Origin: an uncultured Planctomycetota bacterium
GTDB taxonomy: Bacteria; Planctomycetota; PLA2; JAEUHO01
Direction: 5' to 3'
DNA length: 64,000 bases
Assembly: GCA_963752285.1 (NCBI GenBank)
Contig: CAVVXN010000005.1
Span: 736,001 to 800,000 of the forward strand
The notes below the pieces were generated by a model. That model had not been told where the DNA came from. It saw only the letters and a program-made list of their open reading frames with translations, and made no database searches. Position numbers and translations under genes: made by a program. Within the stretch, counting starts at the first letter, position 1; every line of letters begins with the position of its first letter. Of this stretch, positions 25,676 through 34,818 are shown one piece after another.

Positions 25676-28600
25676 ATGCTGAAGCCGACCACCTGGCTCC
25701 TGGCGGCGCTGCTGCTGCCCTTGTTCTGGGCCGGCTCCGGCGCCCCGGCGGGCGCAGAGGGGACCGTCGTTCCGACCGCCGAGGGGGGGTGGCGTGGCGT
25801 GCCGGACCTGGCCGAGGACAGCGGCCAGTTCCTCCTCGTCTCCGGCGTCGAGAACGCCGGCATCCCGGGCACGGGCCCCGGGGAGGACCCGGGCCAGCTC
25901 GTGCTCGCCTCGATCTTCGACGAGAACCCGTCGGGCCCCGACGTCGAGCTCGCGATCTTCGACGGCGACACGTCCGGCATCTGGGACCAGCGTGACGACC
26001 GGCCGCCGGTGTCCCCCGAGCTCGGCGTCCGCAAGCCCTTCGACTCGGTCTACCGGGTCTACCCCGACCCGACCGGCGGCGTGGCGCGCGCTCTCGCGCG
26101 TGGCAGCCGTGCGACCACGGACCCGGTTACCCCGGTGGACCGCGACGGCATACCCGAGGTGGACGACGGCGGCATGCCGCTCCCGGCGGTGTACCCGGTC
26201 CTCACCACGAACGCCCTGGGCTCGACGTTCAGCGGCACGAACGCGGCGTGGATCGAGCTGATGAACCAAGAGGGCGACGAGTCCGCCCGCATCGCGGGGA
26301 GCTCGACGTTCGTCTACACGCTTCGCGTGACGCTCGAGGACGGACCGAACGGAGCGCTGAACGGCTTCGAGGTGAACGGCTTCAAGGTCGCCATGACCGG
26401 CCGGCCCCGGCTTCCGAACGGGACGCTCCTGGGCTTCGTCGGCGGCGTGGTGGACATCCGGACGATCCAGGGTTTCGCGCAGTCCGAGGACCCGCTCCCC
26501 GGCTCGACGTATCGTCCGCCCTCGCGCAACGACACGCTCACGAACCACTACGGGGGCGAGTTCGACTTTTCCTTCGACGTGGGCACGGTCTGCGAGGACG
26601 TCGGCTTCGCGGAGGGCGACGCCGATTGGAACGCTCCGATCTCTCCGGACTCGATGTTCGGCGACCAGAACCCGACCGGCATCCCGCCGGACGACGGCGG
26701 TCGGTACGTGTTCGGGACCCAGGTCATCGACAACACGAGCCTGAAGATCCCGCTGCCCGCCGCCGACGAAGCGCTCGGCCGCCACGGGCTCCTCTGGGAG
26801 ATCGTGGACCCGAGTGGCTCGGTCCGGCTCTCGTCCGACGACTCGCCGCTCGGCCATCCGTCGTACTCCGGCGCGATCCAGTCGCCCGTGGCGCCCGTGG
26901 GCGACCCCTTCCAGACGACGACGCTGTCCAAGGACGTGCTGAACAGCCTGAGCGGCACGTGGACGTGGCGCTGGCGCGGCGTGGACAGCCGCAACGCGAT
27001 CTGGGTGAAGGCCCGGGGCGGCTTCGGGCCGAGCCTGGGTGGACCCGTCGTCTCGGGCCGCGTCTGGTGCGACGACGGCAACGGCATCTTCGACGAGGGC
27101 GAGACGCCGCTCGCCGGGGCGACCCTCGTGTTCGAGCCGGTCCCCGCCAGCGACTTCGAGGTGCCGATCATGACCGGCGCCGACGGGACCTGGCAGACCC
27201 ACTCGCTCGGAGCGGGCACGTGGCGTCTGCTCTCGGTGACGCCGGCTCCCGGGTCGTCCAGCGCGTTCGACCCCGCGACGCCGCTCCCGCGGACGTTCGA
27301 GGTGGACTCCTGCGAGGGCGCGACCTTGGACGTCCCCGGCATGTGCGGCTCGGCGCAGGGCCGCATCGCGGGCCGCGTCTGGTGCGACGAGCTCGAGAAC
27401 GGCGTCTTCGACGAGGGTGTGGACATACCGCACGCCGGCGTGACGGTGACGATCACGCCCTCGGGGTCGGCCACGCCGATCGCCACGCTGACGACCTCGG
27501 CCGACGGCACGTACCAGTCCGGACTGCTCGACGCGGGCGACTACACCGTGAGCGTCGATCCGGCCGACCCGGCGCTGGGCGGTCCCACGCCGCTTTCCCC
27601 GACATCGGTGACCGCCACGGTGGTGGCCGAGCAGACGACGAACGTGGACTTCTGGTTCCGCTGCCGGTCCGAGGTGTCCGGTCACGTGATTCGCGAGCAC
27701 CTGACATGCGACGGGGCGTGGGAGAAGGACGTGGAGTCGGGCATCCCGGGCGTGGAGGTCGTGCTGACGCTCCTCGACGACCAGGGCCAGCCGACCCCGA
27801 CCTCCCGCACCGCGACGACGGACGCGACGGGGTACTACGAGTTCACGGACGTCGTGCCCGGCACGTACCGGCTGACGGTGGACGGCGACCAGGCGAACGT
27901 GGTGCGTCTCGCCGCGAACTCCGGGACGACGATCGGGCCGCTCGAGGTGGTCTCGTTGATGAGCTACCCCGACAACGACTTCTTCTTCTGCCCGGGGAAG
28001 ATCCAGGTCAAGGTCGTCAAGAAGGCCCACGGCGAGGCCTGCCAAAACGTGATCGACGTGGGTGACACCCCGATCGCCGGGGTGACCGTGCACCTGTCCG
28101 GAGCGAGCGCCACGACGACGCCCGGTCCGTTCACGGCCACGACCGACGCCACGGGCGTCGCAACCTTCACCGACCTCGACGCCGACATGTACTCCATGTC
28201 GATCGCGGGGTCCCAGACGGTCCTCGTATCGCTGCAGCCCGCCGACGGCGCGACGGCGGCCACCGTGACGCTGCCTGCGGGCGGTCTCGTGGTGATCCCG
28301 AGCGTCTGGTGCGAGGAGACGTGCTCGATCACGGGCACGGTGTTCCGCGAGGCGGAGTGCGTGCCGTGGTGGACGTACGCCGGCCAGGGCATCGGCGGGG
28401 TGACGGTCGAGCTCCGACGGGCCGCCGACGACCCGAGCGGCGCCGCGTACGCGACGACGACGACCGACGCCACGGGCTACTACGCCTTCCTCGACATCCC
28501 GACCGGCGCGTACGTGGTCAGCGTTCCGGACGGACAGGCGGCCCTGGCCGACCTCACGGCCACCACCGACACGTCGGTGGCGGTCCGGCAGTGCGGCTCC

Positions 28601-31375
28601 GGGGTGGACTTCCGGTACGGGACCGCGGGCCTCCGGGTCCACGTCGTGCTGGACGTGTCCTGCTGCGGGTGCGCCGACGGCGGCCTCGTCGCGACGGTCA
28701 AGCTGGAGAAGCTCGACGCCCCGGGCCAGGGCCGGAGCCTCGAGCTCATGACGGGTCCCGACGGGGTCCTGACCTTCCCGAGGCCCGACCAGCCCGCGCT
28801 CTTGCCCGGCCGCTACCGCGTGTCGGTGTCGGCGACCGGGCCGGTAGTCGCGCACGGAGACCTCGTGAAGGAGGTCACCCTCGGCGTCTGCCGCCCGGTG
28901 GACGTGACCTTCGAGTTCTGCGGCACGGCGAGCCTCGTCGGCCGCGTCATCCGCGAGACGGTCGACTGCAACGGCATCGTGGAAGCCGGCGAAGCCGGCA
29001 TCCCCGGCGTCGCGGTGCGGCTCGTCCCCGTGTCGCCGGCCGGGGCGGCCCGCGTCGCGACGACGGACGACACGGGCGCCTATTCCTTCCTGAACCTGCC
29101 GCGCGGCTCCTACGTGGTGCAGGTGGACGGCGGGCAGGCGACGCTCGTGGACCTGAACCCGAGCTCGCTCACACAGGTCCCCGTGACCCTCGTCCCGCCG
29201 GACGAAGGACAGGTGGACTTCACGTTCTGCGCGCCGGGGCGCGTCTGCGGGACGGTCTACCGCGAGCCGCTCGGCGACTGCGACGGCACGCTCGGTGACG
29301 GCGACGAGCCGCTCAGCGGCGTGGTGGTGTCGCTGATCCCGGTCGACCCGAGCGGGCCCACGCTCCAGCGTGTCACCGACGAGCGGGGCGGCTACTGCTT
29401 CACGAAGCTCGATCCGGGTCGCTACGAGGTCTACGTGGACGGCTCGCAGCCGATCCTCGTGAGCCTCTCCGGGACCACGGCGGGCCGCGTGGCCGTCGAT
29501 CTCGGGCCGAGCGGGGACGAGACGGTGAACTTCGGCTACGCGCCGCAGTCCATCACCGGCTACGTCTTCCGCGAGCCGCAGGGGCAGTGCGACGGCGTCT
29601 ACGAGGAGGACGTGGACAGCCCGATCCCGGGCGTCTCCGTCACCCTGATCAAGCTCGACACGCCGTACCGCGGTCTCTCCCGGGTCGCGGTGACGAACGC
29701 GAACGGGCTCTACCGGTTCCTCGACATCCCCTCCGGCCGCTACGAGGTGGCGGTCACCGGCGGGGTTCCGGCGGACCTCACGCCGAGCACCCCCGAGGTC
29801 GTCACGCAGCCGCTGCCGGTCTGCCGCCACCGTCGGGTGGACTTCGGCTACTGTCCGCCCGAGCTCACCGAGATCTGCGGCACGGTGTTCCGCCAGCCGT
29901 GGAACCACTGTGACGAGGTCTTCGACGACGGCGACACGGGCGTGCCCGGCGTCACCGTTCGTCTGGAGAAGACGGACGGGGCCGACGCCGGCTGGATCCG
30001 CGAAGAGGCGACCGACGAGAACGGGCACTACTGCTTCGAGAACCTCCCGGCGGGGACCTACCTGGTCCGCGTGCCGGGGGGACAGCCCCAGCTCGTGAAC
30101 CTCACGCCGAGCACGCCGGAGCAGATCCAGGTGGTGACGCAGGTGGGCGAGGACCACGACGGCGTGGACTTCGGCTACTGCCCGCCCTGCCCGCGGGTGC
30201 CCTGCTGTGACGGCGACCTGCACGAGGTGGTGGTCGAGACGCGCTTCTGGCTGGACCCGTGCGAGAGCTGGTACGACGTGTACGCGTACCTGAAGGACGG
30301 GTGCGGCGACTGCGCGACGGAGATCGACTACGCCGGCATCTACTTCCACGGGGGCTTCCCCGGGGCCGTGACCGGCTACAACGACGTCCTCACGCTCGAG
30401 AACGTCTGGCGCGAGGGCGGATGGGTGTACGTCCGGCTCCGCCTGACGGCGCAGGGAGCGGCGTTCCCGCGCGGGTTCTTCGGGAAGGGGACCCGGTCGG
30501 TGATCGTGACCCTGGGCGACCAGAAGCGCCAGGGCTGCGTGGAGCTCCGGTGCGAGAAGGTGCGACCGGGCTCCTGGTTCACGTCGTCCGACGCGTGCTA
30601 CCTGCCCGACTGCCCGCCGGCGAGAGACGCCTGCGTGCTCGCGTCGGGTAGCTGGGACGACCGGTCGCCGTGCTGCAGCGCCGACTACCGCGTGCTCGAC
30701 ACGTACTCCTGGGAGAACTGGCAGACGTGCGACGGGAAGCCGGAGTGCAAGCAGCAGAGCGAGTCGTGCAAGGCCGGCTACAACACGGTCGAGATCGAGA
30801 TCGACTACTGGGTCAAGAACCACGGCGACCACCACGTGTTCGACGCGGGGTTCTGGTCGTGGGGCAAGACCGAGATCGACCACGTGGGGCTGTCGTTCGA
30901 CGGGACGTCGTGGGAGGGCTCCAAGAAGAGCGACCACGGCCTCGCGACCCTGCTCTACGTGCGTCGGATCGACACCGGGGACGCCGCCGACCTGTGGCGG
31001 GCCCGGTTCCTCGTCCGCTCGTGCGACCGCGCCGACGGGAATCCCGGCGTGCTGCCCGAGCAGCTCGAGATCCGGTCCAAGGTGGACGAGGGCGAGCACG
31101 ACTACTGGCTCGACCTGAACTACGCGAGCAACGCGTGCCTCGAGACGGGGCCGATCCTGTGGAACGGCGAGTTCACCGGGGTCAACCTGATCCGCTGGGT
31201 GAGCGTCCTCGACGCGGCATGGTGCCCGCCCGTCCCGTGCGACGGGTCGTGCGACACGCCCTGCTCGACCTGCCCGCCCGAGACGCCGCCCCCGTCGAAC
31301 GGCAAGCCCGCGCCCAAGACGCCGCCGCAGCCCGTGTGCAAGCCCACGCCGAAGAAGGGCCACGGCCGCCGCTGA
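25676..31375 (+). CDS. Very large exported protein (~1,899 aa) with ten Cys-containing SdrD-B/Cna-B-like repeats and a Cys-rich C-terminus
   Basis: GGAGG RBS and signal peptide. Repeats of the form I.G.V(W/F)....C.G..D.GE..I.GV.V.L....TTD..G.Y.F..L..G.Y.V....DFG(Y/F)C at about 27046-30181. Ends in a Pro/Cys/Lys-rich tail. Confidence 0.9.
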   Translation: MLKPTTWLLAALLLPLFWAGSGAPAGAEGTVVPTAEGGWRGVPDLAEDSGQFLLVSGVENAGIPGTGPGEDPGQLVLASIFDENPSGPDVELAIFDGDTSGIWDQRDDRPPVSPELGVRKPFDSVYRVYPDPTGGVARALARGSRATTDPVTPVDRDGIPEVDDGGMPLPAVYPVLTTNALGSTFSGTNAAWIELMNQEGDESARIAGSSTFVYTLRVTLEDGPNGALNGFEVNGFKVAMTGRPRLPNGTLLGFVGGVVDIRTIQGFAQSEDPLPGSTYRPPSRNDTLTNHYGGEFDFSFDVGTVCEDVGFAEGDADWNAPISPDSMFGDQNPTGIPPDDGGRYVFGTQVIDNTSLKIPLPAADEALGRHGLLWEIVDPSGSVRLSSDDSPLGHPSYSGAIQSPVAPVGDPFQTTTLSKDVLNSLSGTWTWRWRGVDSRNAIWVKARGGFGPSLGGPVVSGRVWCDDGNGIFDEGETPLAGATLVFEPVPASDFEVPIMTGADGTWQTHSLGAGTWRLLSVTPAPGSSSAFDPATPLPRTFEVDSCEGATLDVPGMCGSAQGRIAGRVWCDELENGVFDEGVDIPHAGVTVTITPSGSATPIATLTTSADGTYQSGLLDAGDYTVSVDPADPALGGPTPLSPTSVTATVVAEQTTNVDFWFRCRSEVSGHVIREHLTCDGAWEKDVESGIPGVEVVLTLLDDQGQPTPTSRTATTDATGYYEFTDVVPGTYRLTVDGDQANVVRLAANSGTTIGPLEVVSLMSYPDNDFFFCPGKIQVKVVKKAHGEACQNVIDVGDTPIAGVTVHLSGASATTTPGPFTATTDATGVATFTDLDADMYSMSIAGSQTVLVSLQPADGATAATVTLPAGGLVVIPSVWCEETCSITGTVFREAECVPWWTYAGQGIGGVTVELRRAADDPSGAAYATTTTDATGYYAFLDIPTGAYVVSVPDGQAALADLTATTDTSVAVRQCGSGVDFRYGTAGLRVHVVLDVSCCGCADGGLVATVKLEKLDAPGQGRSLELMTGPDGVLTFPRPDQPALLPGRYRVSVSATGPVVAHGDLVKEVTLGVCRPVDVTFEFCGTASLVGRVIRETVDCNGIVEAGEAGIPGVAVRLVPVSPAGAARVATTDDTGAYSFLNLPRGSYVVQVDGGQATLVDLNPSSLTQVPVTLVPPDEGQVDFTFCAPGRVCGTVYREPLGDCDGTLGDGDEPLSGVVVSLIPVDPSGPTLQRVTDERGGYCFTKLDPGRYEVYVDGSQPILVSLSGTTAGRVAVDLGPSGDETVNFGYAPQSITGYVFREPQGQCDGVYEEDVDSPIPGVSVTLIKLDTPYRGLSRVAVTNANGLYRFLDIPSGRYEVAVTGGVPADLTPSTPEVVTQPLPVCRHRRVDFGYCPPELTEICGTVFRQPWNHCDEVFDDGDTGVPGVTVRLEKTDGADAGWIREEATDENGHYCFENLPAGTYLVRVPGGQPQLVNLTPSTPEQIQVVTQVGEDHDGVDFGYCPPCPRVPCCDGDLHEVVVETRFWLDPCESWYDVYAYLKDGCGDCATEIDYAGIYFHGGFPGAVTGYNDVLTLENVWREGGWVYVRLRLTAQGAAFPRGFFGKGTRSVIVTLGDQKRQGCVELRCEKVRPGSWFTSSDACYLPDCPPARDACVLASGSWDDRSPCCSADYRVLDTYSWENWQTCDGKPECKQQSESCKAGYNTVEIEIDYWVKNHGDHHVFDAGFWSWGKTEIDHVGLSFDGTSWEGSKKSDHGLATLLYVRRIDTGDAADLWRARFLVRSCDRADGNPGVLPEQLEIRSKVDEGEHDYWLDLNYASNACLETGPILWNGEFTGVNLIRWVSVLDAAWCPPVPCDGSCDTPCSTCPPETPPPSNGKPAPKTPPQPVCKPTPKKGHGRR

Positions 31376-31401
31376 CCGCGCCCGGCGCGCTCCCGAATCC
31401 C

Positions 31402-31430
31402 GCGAGGCGGCCCGTTCCGGGCCGCCTCGC
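31402..31430. terminator. Hairpin between convergent genes (likely terminator)
   Basis: 13-bp perfect stem GCGAGGCGGCCCG/CGGGCCGCCTCGC followed by TTCACTT. Confidence 0.65.
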
Positions 31431-31431
31431 T

Positions 31432-32427
31432 TCACTTCCGGGTTGGCTCGACCGCGGCGAAGCGGCCCGCGAGAAAGCGCCCGGACGCCTCGGCGATCCC
31501 GGGGAGGAGGACGAAGGAGGTCTTGTGCCCGAAGGGCAGCGTGACCCGGCGGGGCCGGCCGAGCGCCTCCCAGAGCCGGAGCTGATAGCCGGTCGGGATC
31601 GAGGTGTCCCGCATCGCGACGAACATCAGGACCTCGTCGCGCGGGACGCGCGGGGCGAGGAGGACGGGATCGGTCACGATGCGGCGCCGGAGACGCTCGC
31701 GGAGGTCCGCGTCGGAGAGGCGGAGCGCCTCGCGGACCGCGGCGCGGTAGCGCACGAACCGGTCCTCCTTGGACTCCGCGAGGACGTCGGCGAGGGGCCC
31801 TCCCGCCAGCACGAAGACGTGCGCGACGGGCCGCGGGTCCACCCCGGCGAGCGTCGCGCTGATCGTGGCGCCCGCGCTGACCCCGAACGTCGCGATTCGC
31901 CGGGGATCGACCTCGGGCCGCGTGACCAGGTAGTCGAGGGCCTGGCGGCTCTGCACGACGTACGCGCGAAGCTCCCCCTCCGCCTGGTCCAGAGCCGTGT
32001 TCGGGTCGAAGTCGAACTCCTTGCGCATCACGACGGCCGCGACCCAACCCCGGCGGGTGAACGACGAGGCGAACTCGTTCATGAGGAGGGTGCTGTTCGC
32101 CAGGACGGGCGACATGAGCACCAGCGGTCGCGGCGCCGCGCCGAGCGGGCGCGGGAGCCAGAGGAGGATCTCGGTCGGGTCGCTCGCGTGCGAGAGGCCG
32201 CGGAGGGCCGGCGGCATCCGCTCCTGGATCTCGAGGCGGTGGATCTCCTGGTACTTCTCGACGTGCCAGACCGCCTCGCGGAGCAGGGCCGGGGGCGGGC
32301 CGGGGACCTCGTACCGACGGGGCGACGGCGCGTCGGGCCCCGGCGCGGGACGGGCCGTGGTGGCCGCGCCTCGGACCGCGCACGCGGCGAGCCCGAGCAG
32401 CGCCAGGCAGGCAGTCGTCGTCCGCAT
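31432..32427 (-). CDS. Alpha/beta hydrolase family lipoprotein
   Basis: Lipobox LAA|C, VDPRRIATFGVSAG nucleophile elbow, D (RDTSIP) and H (GHKT) triad candidates. Confidence 0.85.
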   Translation of the reverse strand: MRTTTACLALLGLAACAVRGAATTARPAPGPDAPSPRRYEVPGPPPALLREAVWHVEKYQEIHRLEIQERMPPALRGLSHASDPTEILLWLPRPLGAAPRPLVLMSPVLANSTLLMNEFASSFTRRGWVAAVVMRKEFDFDPNTALDQAEGELRAYVVQSRQALDYLVTRPEVDPRRIATFGVSAGATISATLAGVDPRPVAHVFVLAGGPLADVLAESKEDRFVRYRAAVREALRLSDADLRERLRRRIVTDPVLLAPRVPRDEVLMFVAMRDTSIPTGYQLRLWEALGRPRRVTLPFGHKTSFVLLPGIAEASGRFLAGRFAAVEPTRK

Positions 32428-32471
32428 GGCCCGGTAGCCTACCCCCCGCATCCCAGGACCGGAGACCACGA

Positions 32472-33074
32472 ATGACGGGGCGATTCCGCCGTCACTCGAC
32501 CGCGGAACTCGTGGGTCTCCGCCCCGATGCGGATCGGCGCGAGCGGAGCCGCCTCGACGTGGTGGTGGTGCTCGACGACGTGCGCTCGGCCGACAACGTG
32601 GGACTGGTCTTCAGGCTCTGCGACTGCGTCAACGTGAAGGCGCTCTGGCTCACCGGCATCACACCGTGGCCGGGCGTGAGCGAGCACGCGACACGCCGCA
32701 TCGCCAAGACGGGCGTCGGCGGGAGCCTCGACGTGCTCCCGTGGCAGCGCTTCGACGATCCGGTGCCGCCCGTCCGGCGTCTCCAGTCCGAGGGTTGGCG
32801 CGTCGTCGTGCTCGAGCAGGGCGACGGGAGCGTCTCGTGGCGCCGCGCGACGCTCGCGCCGCCGCTGGTCCTCGTGCTCGGGCACGAGCGGACGGGCGTC
32901 CGCGACGACCTGATCGCCTGCGCCGACGAGGTCGCGGAGCTTCCCGTCCGCGGGATCACGAACAGCTTGAACGTCGCCCTCGCGGCGAGTGCGGCGCTCT
33001 ACGAGGTGCTGCGCCGCCGTCAGGAGGACGAGTCGTCGCCCGATCCGGCGCCGTCTCCGCCCCCGTCGCCCTGA
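32472..33074 (+). CDS. TrmH/SpoU family RNA 2'-O-methyltransferase
   Basis: VVVLDDVRS..NVG..FR, LVLGHERTGV, LP..G..NSLNV..AA..LYE. Confidence 0.93.
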   Translation: MTGRFRRHSTAELVGLRPDADRRERSRLDVVVVLDDVRSADNVGLVFRLCDCVNVKALWLTGITPWPGVSEHATRRIAKTGVGGSLDVLPWQRFDDPVPPVRRLQSEGWRVVVLEQGDGSVSWRRATLAPPLVLVLGHERTGVRDDLIACADEVAELPVRGITNSLNVALAASAALYEVLRRRQEDESSPDPAPSPPPSP

Positions 33075-33838
33075 CCGCCGCTGTGGTGCCGCCGGCCGCC
33101 GTGGCGCGACGAGGCATCGGCCTTCTTCTCGCGCGCCTCGGCGCGGCGGGCGGCCGCGGCCTGGAAGTCGAAGCGATCCTTGGCGCCGCGCCACCACGCG
33201 CGCCACGCGTCCGGGTCCGAGCCGATCTTCGTCTCGCCCGTGGCGTACTCGAGGGCGGCGCGGACCGCCGCGCGGTGGCCGTCCCCGGCGCGACGCCGGG
33301 CGCCGTACGCGATGAGGGCCTCGATCGCCTCGGCGGCGGGGACGTTCCCCACCGCCATCAGACGGGCGCGGATCTGGGCGATCGGCGCCTCGCCGTGCAC
33401 GTCCAGGAGCGCCTGGATCGAGACCTTCTCGGCCAGGTCGTGGAGCGCGGGGACGAGGAGCGCCTCCCGCGCCAGGTCCTCGTCCGACGGCTCGCGCGGG
33501 AGCGGACGCAGGAGCGCGGCGAGTCCCCGGGCCGCGGCCTTCTTCTCCTTGGGGGCCGTACGCTTCGCGAGGGCGTCCACGGCGGCCTGCCGCACCTCGA
33601 GGGCGTCGTCCTTCGCCGCCCGGAGGAGCGGCGCGGTCAGGAGCGCGTCCTGCATGCCCTTCGCCACGTTCGCGGCCGCGAGGCGCACGCCCGTCTCCGG
33701 GCTCTCGAGGCCCTTCTGGACCGCTTCGGGCGTGCCGAGGTCCACCCCCTCGTCGGCCCGCGACGCGGCGAGCGGGAGGGACGCGAAGAGCGCCGCGGCG
33801 AGCGCCGCGACGAATCGAGACGGGGACGGACCGCTCAC
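33020..33838 (-). CDS. Exported HEAT-repeat protein
   Basis: GTG 33838 with GGAGG upstream (alternative ATG 33853). Signal peptide ending SRA, VRLAAA and D....VRQAAV.AL HEAT-like repeats, AL...TG....G.D..AW..WW motif. Confidence 0.75.
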   Translation of the reverse strand: MSGPSPSRFVAALAAALFASLPLAASRADEGVDLGTPEAVQKGLESPETGVRLAAANVAKGMQDALLTAPLLRAAKDDALEVRQAAVDALAKRTAPKEKKAAARGLAALLRPLPREPSDEDLAREALLVPALHDLAEKVSIQALLDVHGEAPIAQIRARLMAVGNVPAAEAIEALIAYGARRRAGDGHRAAVRAALEYATGETKIGSDPDAWRAWWRGAKDRFDFQAAAARRAEAREKKADASSRHGGRRHHSGGQGDGGGDGAGSGDDSSS

Positions 33839-33952
33839 GGCAATGCCTCCCATCGACCGGATCCTGAAACCCGCACCCGACCGCCGGGGTTTCGGGCGCC
33901 TTGGCCGCGGGCGCCCGCCGGGCCGGGGCGACGCGCGCGTAGGATCGTCGGC

Positions 33953-34693
33953 GTGCTGATCCTCGTACCCACCGAGGCGGAGGCCCGCCTCCTCTGGCCC
34001 GACGCGCCGTGCCCCTCGGACGAGCGGCCGATCGCCACCCGGCTCGGCCCGCACGAGATCGAGGCGGCGCTCGTCGGGTTCGGCCCCGCCGCGGCCGGGG
34101 CGCTCGCGGCCCTCGCGCTCGCGCGCAGCGCGGCCCGGCCGGTGGTGCTCGTCGGGGCGGCCGGGACGTACCGGCCCGACGTGCTGCCCGTCGGCGCGGC
34201 CCTCCTCGCCCGTCGCGTCCTCTTCGCGGACCTCGGCCGGGGAGAGGGAGCGGACTTCGTGCCGGCCGACCGGCTCGGATTCGACCAGGCGCCCCCCGGC
34301 GCCGGCGTGCCGCGGGTCTCTGGCGCGCTCGAGACGGAACTGCTTCCCGGGGCCGGGGTGGGGGCGGGCCTCGTGCTCACCGTGGCCCGCGCCTCGGGCA
34401 CGCCGGACGCGGCGCGGGCCCGGGCGGATGCGCACGCCGGCGCGCTCGCCGAGGACATGGAGTCGTTCGCCGTGGCCCTCGCCGCCGCTCGGCTGGGGAT
34501 CCGGGTCGCCGTGCTCCGCGGCATCTCGAACCGGGCGGGCGAAGCGGGTCCCGGACGCCTCGACCTCGGGGAGGCGCTCCGCGCGGTCCGCGACGCGCTC
34601 ATCCGGCACCTCGGGGGCGGGGGGCGTCCGCCTCGCGGCGACGACCCGGAAGGAAGGACGGCCCCGACCGGCCGGAGCCGATCGGGGCCGTGA
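33953..34693 (+). CDS. mqnB: Futalosine hydrolase (PNP/MTA-SAH nucleosidase family)
   Basis: LILVPT..EA, GFGP.AAG, VLVG.AG.Y, D.G...G..F, LTV...SG, EDMESFAVALAA, LRGISNRAG. Confidence 0.8.
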   Translation: MLILVPTEAEARLLWPDAPCPSDERPIATRLGPHEIEAALVGFGPAAAGALAALALARSAARPVVLVGAAGTYRPDVLPVGAALLARRVLFADLGRGEGADFVPADRLGFDQAPPGAGVPRVSGALETELLPGAGVGAGLVLTVARASGTPDAARARADAHAGALAEDMESFAVALAAARLGIRVAVLRGISNRAGEAGPGRLDLGEALRAVRDALIRHLGGGGRPPRGDDPEGRTAPTGRSRSGP

Positions 34694-34818
34694 GGTCCAT
34701 CCCGAGGAAGCGCATGGGGAGGAGGATCGCGCCGGAGCCACAGGCCCCGGCATTGCAGGAGGATCGCAGGACTCGGGCGAACCCGCCGGGCCGAACCCGG
34801 CCCCGACATATCGACGAT

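Noticed and set aside
25265..32383. 2372-aa minus-strand ORF
   Set aside because: Arg/Gly/Ala-rich antisense shadow of the giant SdrD-repeat gene and an off-frame overlap of the hydrolase. No motifs; expected in very high-GC DNA.
33020..33074. Convergent 3' overlaps (also 35811-35817 and 53649-53670)
   Set aside because: Short overlaps of low-complexity tails, common in compact high-GC genomes.
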